Positions 1-28,651 of a DNA stretch of 64,000 bases are shown here, one piece after another (position 1 is the first letter of the stretch; every line of letters starts with the position of its first letter). The stretch lies in NCBI GenBank assembly GCA_033442325.1, contig JAWQFM010000012.1:125708-189707 (forward strand). Reading direction: 5' to 3'. Under the pieces are notes generated by a model. The model was not told the origin of the DNA. It saw nothing but the letters and a program-made list of their open reading frames with translations, and did not search any database. A program made the translations under genes and the position numbers. The DNA comes from Salpingoeca rosetta. Lineage: Eukaryota > Protista > Choanoflagellata.

Positions 1-269
1 GACGCCATCAGCAGCGCCTCCAAGTGGGGCTTCATGGACACAACAGTCTGTGACCTGTTGTCACCATCATCCTCCTCCTCCCCCTCATGCTGACCACCAT
101 CATCATCAAGTGGGATGCCACCAGTCACCTCTGCAGTTGCCGCGTCTGCACCACCCTTGCTTGCGGCGTCCAACTCTTGTTCTCGCTCGCTGTCATTCTC
201 CTCATCAGTGTCGAGAAGCGACAACAACTGCAAATCAGATGCGCCTTCCAGCCCAAGCGCACTCAGCGC

Positions 270-367
<98 letters not shown>

Positions 368-3300
368 GCTGTTGGTTTTCATGCACCTTCGCTGCCTTGA
401 TTGCGCAAGCCATGCTGTCATGTACACCATCCCCACTCTCATCAGCATCACCATGCTTCTCCACGCCACGACACTCAGCATTCCGCACACGCGTCTCTGC
501 TGCCACCTCATGCAGTGCAAGTGCAAACACGTCTCTCTGCCACGATGCAAGCGACGGCCACAGCACATGTGGCAGCGCTGCGGTTGCTGTTGCACACGAC
601 GATGATGATGACGCTGGTGAAGATTCCGAGGAAGACACAGTGGAGGAACCGCACGAATAACGCGATGACAGCGGTGAAAACTGCTGCTGCTGCTGCTGTT
701 GTTGTTGTTGTTGTTGTTCAAGGTCGTCGTCATGATTGAGCGTGTCGATGCCGTCAATGTCAGCGGCACTGGCTGCGCTGTGGATGACGGTTGCCCTTCC
801 AGCGCGCGAGATGCTGTGCTGCTCGCCTCCAATGCTCGGGCGGGGGCGTGTGCTGCGCTGCACCGTGTCTGTTCTCGCACCACACTGCCGCCGCTGCCTG
901 TCTTGCTCCTGCACTGCTGCGCGATCACCGCCATCGCCACCGCCATTAACAGCGCGCGACTGCAAACCGGGAAACTTTGGCAGAAGTGCGAGCACACGCG
1001 CACCGCGAGACACAGAGGAAGACAAAGGTGATGTCGGTGCCGGTGCCGGTGCTGTAGTGATGCAGCGACGAAGCGGCGACTGCTGGTGATGGCGCGGCGG
1101 GCTGCGATTGCGGCGTTGCTGGTTGCTGCTGCTGCCGCCGATGCTGCCGCCAATGCTGCGGCTATCAGCATCACCACCACCAACAACAACAACAGCACCT
1201 GCACCACCGCGGTCACTCCCACCGTTGCGGTGGTTTTTCGACGGAGACGTATCTGTCACTGACAGCGGGGTCATTGGAGGCGAAGGCGGTTCCCACTCCC
1301 AATCAAACACCTGCCCATCATCACCACCATCGTCCTCACGGCCACCACCACCACCACCACCCCCACCCCCACCACTATCATCATCATCCTGCACAGCAGA
1401 CGCAGCAGATGCAGCAGTAGCAGTGACATGCTGGGCGTCAGCAGCGTTCGTGCTCTCACCGCCATGGCCCTCGCCGGCATCGACGTCAGCATTGGTGGAT
1501 GTGGTGGCGTTTGCGCCTACGATATCCGCTGCTGTTGTTGTTGAGAAGAGCAGCGACACCGGCAGCTCATCCCGATCATTGCCATCATCCTCATCATTGC
1601 CACCGTTGTCGCCTTTGCCACTGTTCGTGGCTGTCTTCCTCGCCTGCTTGGCCTGCTTGGCCTTGCTGTCTGCGCTCCGTCGACTGCCACCACGGCCTTT
1701 CTTCGGTAATGGCGCTGCCCGCTTGACCGGTGATCGTGATCGTGATCGCGATCGTGATCGTGATCGTGATGGCCCTGAGTTGCGCGATTGGCGCTGCTGG
1801 CGTCGCTCCTTCCTTGCTGCAGGGGACGGCGTGCGAGACATCGACGACGACGCTGATGATGCTGCTGCTGCTGTTGAGGAGGATGTGTGAAGCCGCCCCG
1901 GCCGTTGTGGGGACACTTCCGTGAACAACCCACCGCCACCACCAGTGGCAGTAGCAGTAGCGGGTTGGTTTGGACCACCAGCACTCGCACCATCACCATC
2001 ACCATCACCATCGCCACGACCACTTTCGTCATCATCAGCGTTGTCGTCGTCACCATCATCATCATCGACATCGGCGTCAACACCCTCTACCTGCGTGCCG
2101 AGATCAAGATCCAACATGGGGGCCTTCTTCTTCTTCTTCTTCTTCTTCTTCTTGTTCTTCTTTCCCTTGGCCTTCGTGCGTGCTGTTGCTTTCGCCTGGC
2201 GCTGCCGTCCCACTGCACCTCCTCTCCGACCCCCTCCCCCACCATCGACACCACCATAGTCATCGGCGTCATCGCCGTCATCATCGTCGGTGTGGTCCGT
2301 GTCTGCTGTACCGCCTGATGCCTCCATGTGCGCCCTCACTGCCGCCGCTGCCCGTCGCCTTCGCCGCGCCTGTCGTCGGAGCTCCTCAGCACTCGCCACA
2401 GCACCACCGTCCATGCCACGATCACCACCACCACCACCACCACCACCACCAGCATCATCATCATCATAACCATCATCATCATCATCATCATCATCGCCAT
2501 CAAAGCCGTCGTCGTCGTCGTCCAGATCCAACCCAGCACCTCTCCTCCCCTTCCTCTTCCTCGCCGCCTTCTGCTTCCCCTGCTGCTTTGGGTTGTCCTG
2601 GCTTGGCGGTGCCCAGTCGTGGGTGATGGGTGTGAATGAGAATTTGCGGACCTGCAGCGTTGTTCCCGGTGGCAGCATGCGCGGGTTATGCGGGTACAGC
2701 TGGAACTTCTTTGCGGCATTGACAATGGCCTGGCGAATGTTGGTGCTCGCCGCTGTGCTGCGCCGGTAGTTGTTCACCTCCGACCCTTCGCACAACAGCT
2801 GCACGATGCGCCCATTCCGCTTTCGCCCTGCGCACGCGTGTGCGCGTATGTGTGTGTGTGATTGTGTGTGTGTGTGTGTGGTTGTGGTTGTATGTGTGTG
2901 TGGTTGTGATCGTGTGTGTGTGTGTGTGGTTGTGTGTGGTTGTGTGTGTATGCGTGAGCAAGTCTGCGGGGCTCAACCATCGACACATGCACACGAACAC
3001 CGCACACACGCGTACAGTCAGCACACCAAGTACCTGTTCTGCCCATGCGCTGGATGAGGCGCGTGGACGAGCCTTTGGAATCGAAGCAGATGATGAGATC
3101 AACGTGCCCAATGTCAAGCCCCTGTGCACAGAACATGGGCGCAGACACGCGGAGGGTCAAGCAGTGAGGATGCTGTGTTGCCAGTGTTGTGCAAAAGATG
3201 CAAAACAATGAGTGAGGAGTGCGCGCATGCGTGACATCTGCATGCCAACAGATGACACAAGATCGCACCTCTTCACCAACACACGTTGCAACGAGTGTGT

Positions 3301-3473
3301 TGTGGACACCGGCGCGGAAATTGCTCACAACCGCAATTTGCTGCAGCGGCCAAAGCGCGGCACATGTGATGTCAGGCAAACGATCGTGTCAACTCTCGTC
3401 AGTCAGAATGTTCATGTGTAAAGGCACAAGCGAGAGCGCGTGAAACGCAAGAAGCCACGAACACATGAAAAGT

Positions 3474-3551
<78 letters not shown>

Positions 3552-4259
3552 ATGCATATTGACGGACCTCGCTTTGCTTCTGGCCCTTTTTCGATTTGGA
3601 TTTCCCAGACGCCTGGCCGACAAACGACGCAACGCGAATCAGGGGCTTGTGTTTCCCGAGAACGTTCACAATGTCCACGACAGAGTCACGATAGGACGAA
3701 AACACAATCACGCGCGTGTCCTTGTGCTTCGTTTCGCGAAAGTGCTTCGTCACAATCTCCTCCAGCTTCTCCAACTTCGGGTGGCCCTTGTGCGCTTGCG
3801 CTTGCTCCTCTGCATGGAAGAGGGGAGGGGAGAGGGGGGATGGGTGTGCGTGAGTGTGTGTGAACATGTGAGATGTTTGTGTGTGTGTGTGTGTGCGTGT
3901 GTGTGTGAACGTGTGAAAGGTTTGTGTGTGTGTGTGTGCGTGTGTGTGTGAACGTGTGAAAGGTTTGTGTGTGTGTGTGTGTGTGTGATTGAGTTTGAGC
4001 GTGCCTTGCTTGGTGAACGTACAAGCGACAACATGAGGGCGGACCAACGCACAGCGACGAAACACAGCCATCAAACACAGCGCGTGTGTCGATCGCACCT
4101 TCCACAATTTTCTTCAGCTTGGCCACCATGTTCATCACTTCCTGGCTCTTCTTCATCTGCTGACCTGTCGACGGTGCGCATAGAGCAGACATGACATCAG
4201 GCATGTGAGCTGACATGAGACCACAACACAAGCACACACACACACACACAAACACAAAT

Positions 4260-4300
<41 letters not shown>

Positions 4301-6778
4301 TGCACACACACACACCGCCTCGCACGGACCGAGTCGCGGGTTCTTCTCGCCGTTGAGATAGGATGTGATGGAGCGGTAGAAGGGCGTGACGCCGTGTGTG
4401 CGCAGCATCGTGCACGAATACGCCAGCGAGATTGCCATCGCAAAGTCACCCTCAACCTGCCCCTTTTGCCTGCAGTGTGTGCGTGTGTGCATGAGAGAGG
4501 CGACAAATAGACCGGCAGACAGGGGGGAGAAGTCATGTCACGTGGTGTTCGATGACCAGGTTCGCGCCAGCGTTTGTGCTGGAATCCCGACGCAACTGTA
4601 TCAAAGCAATGAAGAGGGCAGTGAACACGAGCGTACAACGGCCAGCCGAAACACAACGCATTGGTGGACGTACGCGGCAGACGTTGCGGTGTTGCCCCTG
4701 CGAAACAGATCCCGCGCTTTCAGGAGTGCAAACGAGGACACTTTGCTCGGGTTCTGCGTCCAGACATGTGTGCGTGAGGTGACGCGCCATGGGTGAATGC
4801 GGGAGACAGTGCATGCACACATACACACACACGCATGCACGGCAGTGCATGACCCCCACACATCAACGTGAGCAAGCAAACAACCAAGCGACTGATGGAA
4901 AGCAGTGACCTTCGCACCATTTTGCGGATGGCGCGTGCGCGTGTGAGGCGATCAAGGAATGTGCCCAGCATCTTGTCAATGGTGGGCTGAAACTCAGACA
5001 CCTCGCCACTCGGCTTGATCACAACCAGCTCAACCTGTATGCGCGTGTGAATGTGAATGGGTGGTGTGCGTGCATGTGTGTGAATGTGTACACAGGTATA
5101 CCTTTCATCAGTTTCTGTTGGCAGTGGGCCACTACCACACACACACACACACATACACACACATACACACACATACACACACACACGCACACACACACGC
5201 ACACACGAACACACACACGCACACACACACACACACACACACACGAACGCGTGCGCACACACACGAACGCGTGCGCATATGTACACACCTTGCGCTGGTT
5301 GGTGTATGGACGAATGTCGATGGACGATTCACTCCGCAGTTCAATGTGGCTTATCCGCTGCACAATGCACGTGTGCACAATGAAAAAAAGCAGCGTGAGC
5401 TCAACCTCACAGCGGATCCAACGACGTCAACAGAAACAGGCACATACACACATCAAACCTCAACACGCATGCACCACACCAGCACTCACGAGGTTTGTGA
5501 TGATTTGCTGGACGGTGGCGATGGTGTCCCCCGGTGTCGCGGAGAGGCCGATGATGCGCAGCCGCTCCGTGTGCGAACACAGGCTCTGGTTAGCAGCAAG
5601 GTAATGGCCGTGGTGGCAACGGTGGCGGTAAGTGGTGAGGACAACAGCGGCGAGACAAGGTGGGTGGGAGACGATGAGTTGTGCGCGCACAGACAGCCTC
5701 GCTCAAGCAGTGGCTGCACACACACATACACATGTACACATAGATCACACGTGCACACACATGCACACACACACGTACACGTGCACACACACGCACAAGC
5801 GCACACATGCACACATGCACACATGCACACACACACGTACACATGCACACGCACAAGCGTGCACACACGCACAAGCGCACAAGCGCACACATGCACACAT
5901 GCACACATGCATGTTACACACCTCCACGACGTTACAGTATGCATGGTTGCCGAGCGCACGGTGTGCTTCGTCGGCGACGAGGCAGACAAACGCTTTGGCG
6001 GGACACGAGCCACGTCGCAGGTCGTTTTGCAACACCTGATACGCACATCATCGACAGGGGTGCAGTCACGTTTGAGGTGATGAAAAGAAAACACACTGCG
6101 TGTCGACACGCAAAGGTGACGATGAACGTCAACAAGGCCGTCAGCCTGGACACCACAATCACACAACACACGCACACATGCACACGTACACATGCACAAC
6201 ACACAACACAGCACACGCGCACATAATCACGCACAACACACTTCGGCAGTGAGGAAGAAGACGCGCTTTTGGTGCCAGAGCTTCTTACGGAGTGCGGGCC
6301 GCTTGTTGCCCGTCATCTCGCACACGTCTTCGCGGTCAAAGCCCATGATGCGGAAGCACGCCTGCACCTGCTGCGCCACGAGCGGCTTTGTCGGTGCCAT
6401 AAACACGACTTTGCCAGTCGGGTACCAGCGGTAGAAGTTGTACATCACAACCGCAGCGATGAACGTCTTGCCGAGGCCTGCAAGCATGCGTGCGCATTGA
6501 AAACTTGAGCGCAAGTGCAAAGTCAGACACAGCAAGGATCAAAGGCAATCACAGAGCGTCTCACACTCACTTACTCACACACCTGTGGGCAAGGTGACCA
6601 GCGTGTTCTTCAGCAAGCATTGTTTGGTCATGGAGAACTGATAGCTTCGCTCTGGCATGTTGATGGGATACAACCACGTGTCTGTTGTGTGTGTGTTCAT
6701 GTTGTTAACATGGTTGCAAGTGTGTCAGTCATGATAACCACCACACACACACACACGCACGCACACACACACACACAC

Positions 6779-6819
<41 letters not shown>

Positions 6820-6948
6820 ACCACACACACACACACAAAAGTGCACGCACAGCAACAATACCGACTGACCTGCGATGGAGCTGTCGATCATGGGCAGACC
6901 GTCCTCATCAGTGCCGCCACCCACGGCACTCTTGGACGACGTCTCCAT
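1..6948 (-). CDS. FANCM: FANCM/Mph1-like DEAH helicase, multi-exon; 3' end beyond left edge of window
   Basis: Spliced exons give [59 protein letters not shown] (motif I/Ia), [10 protein letters not shown] (DEAH), [58 protein letters not shown] large low-complexity exon runs from 2651 to the edge. Start ATG 6948 is tentative. Confidence 0.92.
270..368 (-). repeat. (CAA)n polyglutamine tract (~33 codons) inside FANCM-like exon
   Basis: Pure (TTG)n on + strand; reads CAA=Q in the frame continuing from the 2651 acceptor. Confidence 0.8.
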
Positions 6949-7208
6949 GACGGCACCGCTGCCTTCACGCCGCTACTGCTGCTGCAAGGCCAATATGCTC
7001 GCTCACACTCCATCCACACACTCCATCCACACATCCACACACACCACTTCACGTTCAAACAGTTGGCGCGGTGGTGGGTTCGCAGAAACGCGTTTGTGCG
7101 ACAATCTTTTTATGGTGTCGGCCATCGCGCAGACGTGCAAGACACGAGCATGCAAGCAAGCAAGTGAGGCGAGGCAAGGTGAGCCGTGCATGAAGCAGCA
7201 CAGAGACC

Positions 7209-15851
<8,643 letters not shown>

Positions 15852-16250
15852 GGTTGCCCTTCTTCCTGTCTTTGTTGATGACGTTCTGAGTAAAGAGTGA
15901 GCGTGCGTGATGGTGTGCGTGATGTGCGTGAGTGAGAGTGAGCGCGCGTGAGCGTGCGTGAGTAAGTGAGAGGGAGGAGAGATGTTGGGGGGGGGTTGAA
16001 CAGACAGAGGAGGGCGCACCACCACAGCCACCACCCGCATCACCATCACCATCACCACCACCACAGCGACACAGCACCAACCACACCAACCTGTTCGCGC
16101 AGCAAAGTTTGCCGTTTTGGCGCGTAAACACCCGCGTGTATGCCGATGTCCTATTTATAGCATAGTGGCACTTACCGCAACCAACGCGCACAACAACAAC
16201 GACCACACGCGACGACGCACAGCAGCACCACCAGCAGCACCAGAAGGGGC

Positions 16251-22075
<5,825 letters not shown>

Positions 22076-22459
22076 CCGTGTACTTGGGGGAGGACAGAAG
22101 ACACGTGTCCATGCATGCATCGGCACGTGGATGGATGAACGCATGTATTGAGTGTGGCCTGATAGGGTTGGGTGTGTGGTCTTGGTTGGTGGATGGAGAC
22201 GTGTTGGCTGTTGACTACTGCCTTCTCCGACCGATCTAAGCGCTCTGTGTTGCGAACACGCACACGCGCACGTTCGCATGCGGGAGAGGGGAGAGAGAGA
22301 GGTGAGCGATTGGGTGAGCGGGTGAGTTAACGAGACAGGTGTTGAGTTTTGCGCTGGCCTTTGGTCTTTTTGCTCTTGCTTTGTGTCTCCTTTGCCTTTC
22401 CAATAAAGTAACAGACTGAGCCCAACTTCATGTGTGCGTGTGTGTGCATGTGTATGCCC

Positions 22460-23535
<1,076 letters not shown>

Positions 23536-24093
23536 CGCGTCTTGGTGGGGGCGGTTTACGACAGCAAAAAATGCGGTTAGCAACAACGCAAACACACCGA
23601 CCGATATCCGCACCAGCCAACCAGGCACCTGCCGTTCTCACAACGTTGCTTTGCTTTCCCAAACACAAACACACACACACTCTCACCCCCCCCCCTCCTC
23701 ACCTCTCTCTTGCCTCTGTCTCTTTTACGTCACAGCCGCTTTGGCTTTGCTTCCGCGCTGTGCTTTCCTTTTGATTTCCTCATTGTTTGCTTGCACTGCC
23801 ACCCCACACCCCACACCCCAAGCGTCGCTCTGGTTCCTCCAGCCTGTGCCATGCACATGTCCTGTTTTGGTTAGCAACAGACACACAGACCACACGCACA
23901 CCAAAGCCACTATTACGACTGCGTTACACGTTCAGAGGGATCCCGTGTACCTGGGGGCGCACCCATCTCAACAGGGGCGCTGACTTTGCATCAGCAAGTC
24001 ACCCCGTTCCGCAATAACCCCCACCCCCCTTTCTCTATTTTCCTCCACACATATCCCCTCAACACACATCCCCCCAACACATATCCCCTCACA

Positions 24094-25263
24094 ATGGCAA
24101 CCACACAGCGGGAAGGGTCGCCCTCGCGTGCAAGCAACAGCGACACCAACACCCATGTATCCTCATCTCGCTCTCGCCACTCTTCTGCCAGCCAGGTCTG
24201 TTTGAGTGCCCATCCCACCTTCATCACCGCTTGCACTGCCACGATGCGACCACCCCATTCATCATCAGCAGTAGCGGCACCATCAACCTTACTTCAAGCA
24301 CCGAAGCTTACTCGTTTGGCCCTGCGTGTCACTCATTCTCAGGCTGACGTTCATCCTCACATGCACACATTTACAAAACATATGCACCCGCTCATACACC
24401 CACTCATGTGCTCGTGGCTGCTCCTCGTGTGTTGTGTGCGTGTGTGCGTGTGACCAGGGTGGAGTTGTGCTGCCGTTCACGCGTCGGCTGCATGAGATCA
24501 ACACCCAGGACCTCCTGGCCTCATGCTCGCCCCAGCACGCACCGCTGTCCCCATCATCACTGCCCTACACATCACAGCACCGCCTCCTCTTCCAACATCA
24601 GCAACAACAGCAGCAGTACTCACAGCAGGTCTTCGAGTATGATGCGGTCTCCATATCCGCCGTGAGCGCCAGCACGCCGCGGCCGCTTGTGGCGCAAAGC
24701 ACACCTAACAGGCTTGTGCTTCCCCAGCTCTACACCCCAGACACAACCGGCATGCAAACGCCCGCCGACAGCAGCATCCTCTCCCACGTGCAGCACCAGC
24801 ACCAGCACCACCATCAACAACAGCACCACAGGATGCGAGGACGGCGGTCCATCAGTCTTGGCAGCAGCTTCGGTGACGACCACGCCATGTCTGCAAACAG
24901 CAGGATACAGCAGCACCACCAGCACCATCATCATCAACAACAACAACAACAGCACCGCCAGCACTATCAACTACAACGGCAGGTATCCTTGCGCCGGGGA
25001 CGCGTGCGACGAGGCATGTCTGACAGCATGGCACCACAGGCTGCTGTGGAGCGTGACGCACAGGCATTGGCGCAGCCCAAAGCCAATGGCTCAGACCTTG
25101 CTGCCGAGTCAACCACAGGCAACACCAACACTAACAGCGACAACAACACCACTGGTAGTCGACGCGCCCGCAGTGGCACTCGGCGTGAGCGGCGGAGGCG
25201 GGGGCGGGGTGTGGCGATAGCGCCGACAACACGTGCAGCATCAACACCACCACCACCACCACC

Positions 25264-25311
<48 letters not shown>

Positions 25312-26180
25312 CCGTCACCGAGCGTCTCGAATGGAGATGGTGTCGTCATCGTCGTCACTGGCGGATACAATTGACTCGAGCGTGTTTGATGGCGATATCA
25401 GCCCCCTGCAGGCCCTCGGCCTCTCCGCAGACACATCACCATCGCCGTCGTTTGCCGGCAGGCGTACACACTCCCCCGCTGATGTGTTTACCTTCAACCT
25501 GCACCATGGCGACGACAGCAGCCACCACCACCACCAACATCGTCTTCATCGCCGGCACAGCAGCTCGGGACTGCGGCGCCAACAGCACAGCGGCAGTGAT
25601 GTTGACAGCAGGGGCGGTGGCGGCTCTGGGAGGATAGACGATGATATGGGAGGTGGGATGACACGACCAACACCACGTCCGCCACGCAGTCCCGTGAGCA
25701 CACGCAAACACACCCATGGTCGCAGCAGCATCCACCACCGCCGTGGCAGCAGTTGTGGTGGCGGTGGTGGTGGTGATAGGACAGGTATGAAGACCCAGGC
25801 TATCATTCGTGGTGGTGGTGATGATGGCGATGATGACGGTGATTTGGATGCAACGCTGATAGCGTCAGACCCAGACGCGTTGGCACTGCACAACGGCTAC
25901 AGCGATGGCGGCGCTGGTGGCGTGCGCGCACACGCACACGATTCCGACGACAGCACCACCACCGATGAGGACGTGGTTGAAGGTGCGAACGCAAGCGGTG
26001 CCCAGGGGCGTGGTGGAGCGGGGGTGCGCCACAGAGCAGATATGAGGGTGGTGGTGGCTGAGAGCCAGCGTGGCGATGATGGCCAAACACAGGTGCAGGT
26101 GGAGCGGGTCACCAGCACCACCATCACTGCCGAAGCCGTCAACGACGACGACGACGACGAAGATGATGATGGTGATGACG

Positions 26181-26212
<32 letters not shown>

Positions 26213-27880
26213 GATGGTGATAACGATGATGATGATGGTGATGATGATGATGATGATTTGTGGCAGATTGTGTCGTTGGCCAAGCAGCATCTGCGCGAAC
26301 ATGATTCTGACAGCAGCACGCCGTCACCACCACCACAGCAACAGCAGCAACAACAGCGATCAGCCATACTTACAGGTGCAAAACGCACCAGCACTGCTGC
26401 CACCGCCACCACTGCACCAACTGCGATGGCACCACGTGCAGCAACAGCGCCGCGCCGCAGCATGACACGGCACTCCTCCTCGTCCTCCCTCTCGTCGCAT
26501 GCCGCCGTTCGCGACAGCATAAGCTTTGATGTCATGGAGCGTGCTGCAACGCCTTTTGACGAAGACGAAGACGATGATGATGACGATTATGATGATGATG
26601 GTGGTGGTGGTGGTGGTGACGGGAGTGTGCGCGGGTGGAAGGACGTGCGTGCAGCGCGGCAGCGACGGCAGCGGCTGTTGGCAGATGTTGTTGGGCAGTG
26701 GTCCCGTGTCCGGCAGGTGTCACTACAGCCGGGGGCGCTGGAGGCGGTGGCTGAGGTGATGGAGGGCGTTGGTGAGGTGGCGGGTGACGACAGCGCGAGC
26801 GGCAGAAGAAAAGGGGTAGAGGGTGCTGATGATGGTGGTGGTGGCGATGATGATGACGATGACGATGAAGATGATGACGGCATTGGTGGTGCTGGTGATG
26901 ATGCTGGCGGTGCACACAGCATGTCAACGAAGAGCAGCAGCACGAACAGGAAGAGCAAGAAGAAGAACAAAAGGGGGAGGAAGATGGGGAAGGGGAAGAA
27001 GAACAAGCAGAGCGGGCAGACGCGCCGTCGAAGTGCAAGCACAAGTCTGTTGGACCAGCACCACCGCATCACACCACGTACGCCATCACAGGCGCGGCTC
27101 AGCATGATGCTGGACTCGCTGCTTGAGGGCCGCCCGCCCGACCTCGCCACGCTGCGTAAAGCAATGGACCTGACAGACAAGCCCTCGGAGATGCCCCAGC
27201 AGCTGCGCATCCACGTGGTGACGTGGAACATGAACGAGCAGGACATTCCGGGCACGGTGGAGCCGCTGCTCGTGCCCGCAGCAAAGACAGGCCGCAACAG
27301 CGTCGGTGGCAATAGAGGTGGTGGTGGTGGTGGTGGTGGTGGTGGTGGTGGCAACGGTCAGCGTGCACATGGGCAAGCAGCAGATGGGTCAGCGACCACA
27401 AATGGCACGAGTGGCAGCAGCGGCCTGGGCGGTGGCGGAGAGACTGATGAGCCAATTGACCTGTATGTGGTGGCGACACAAGAGGGCACGATAGCTCGGC
27501 GGGCATGGCAGCTGAAGCTTCAGGAGCAGCTGGGCCCGCGCTATGCCCTACTGCACTCGCACTTCCTCATGGGCATCCACATGTGTGTGTTTGTGCGACG
27601 TCAGCTCATCTGGTTGGTGGACAACGTCATGTCCAGCCACGTGCCGACCAAGCTAGGCGGTATGCTGCGAACAAAGGGCGCTGTTGGCATTGCCGTCAAC
27701 TTCAAGACCGTGTCGCTGCTCTTCATTGACTCGCATCTTGCCGCCCACCGCTCCAAGCTGCGCGATCGTAATGAAAACTATAACACGATTCGACGCACGC
27801 TTAACCTCCGCCCGCCCACGCGTGGCGCCGCCATGCCGCAAACGCCGGAGACGCCGCGCAGGGGACGCTTCTCGTGAGTG

Positions 27881-27952
<72 letters not shown>

Positions 27953-28184
27953 TACGTACGTACGTAGTACGTACGTACGTACGACGGGTGTGACAGGGAT
28001 CATCGTGGGCCCTTCGGATACCGCGCCTATTTCTGACAAAGCTAACTGGCCTGAATACTCCTACGCTAGGCCACAGGCAGTCTGTGTTTAAAAGCCTCGA
28101 CTAGGTCACGGACATTTGGGTGGGGTGGTTTGACAGCGCCAGACAACATTTATGTTTTTAGCGCTCATCGAGCAAAACAGAACG

Positions 28185-28249
<65 letters not shown>

Positions 28250-28603
28250 CATGTGTGTGCGTGCATGTGTGTGTGTGTGCTTCGCTGGCTTTCTGACTGC
28301 CCATCTGGTTGCTAGTCCTCCTCCCCTGTTGCTCACCTCCTCCCAACCCTTTCCCTCCACACATTCACTCACTCATACACAACCCCGCCCCTCTTCGCCT
28401 TCCCTCCTTCTTCTTCTGTACAGCGGTGGGAGTTCCTCTGCGCGAGATGCACTGGAGCAGTTTGACTTTGTGTTCTGGTGCGGCGATCTCAACTATCGCG
28501 TGGACTGCTCGCGTGACCTCGCAGAATACGTCAGTTGCACACGCGATGTGGAGTGGGATGGCATTTGAAGTTATGGTGGTGGGGTGGCGGTTTGTGTGTT
28601 GCG

Positions 28604-28651
<48 letters not shown>

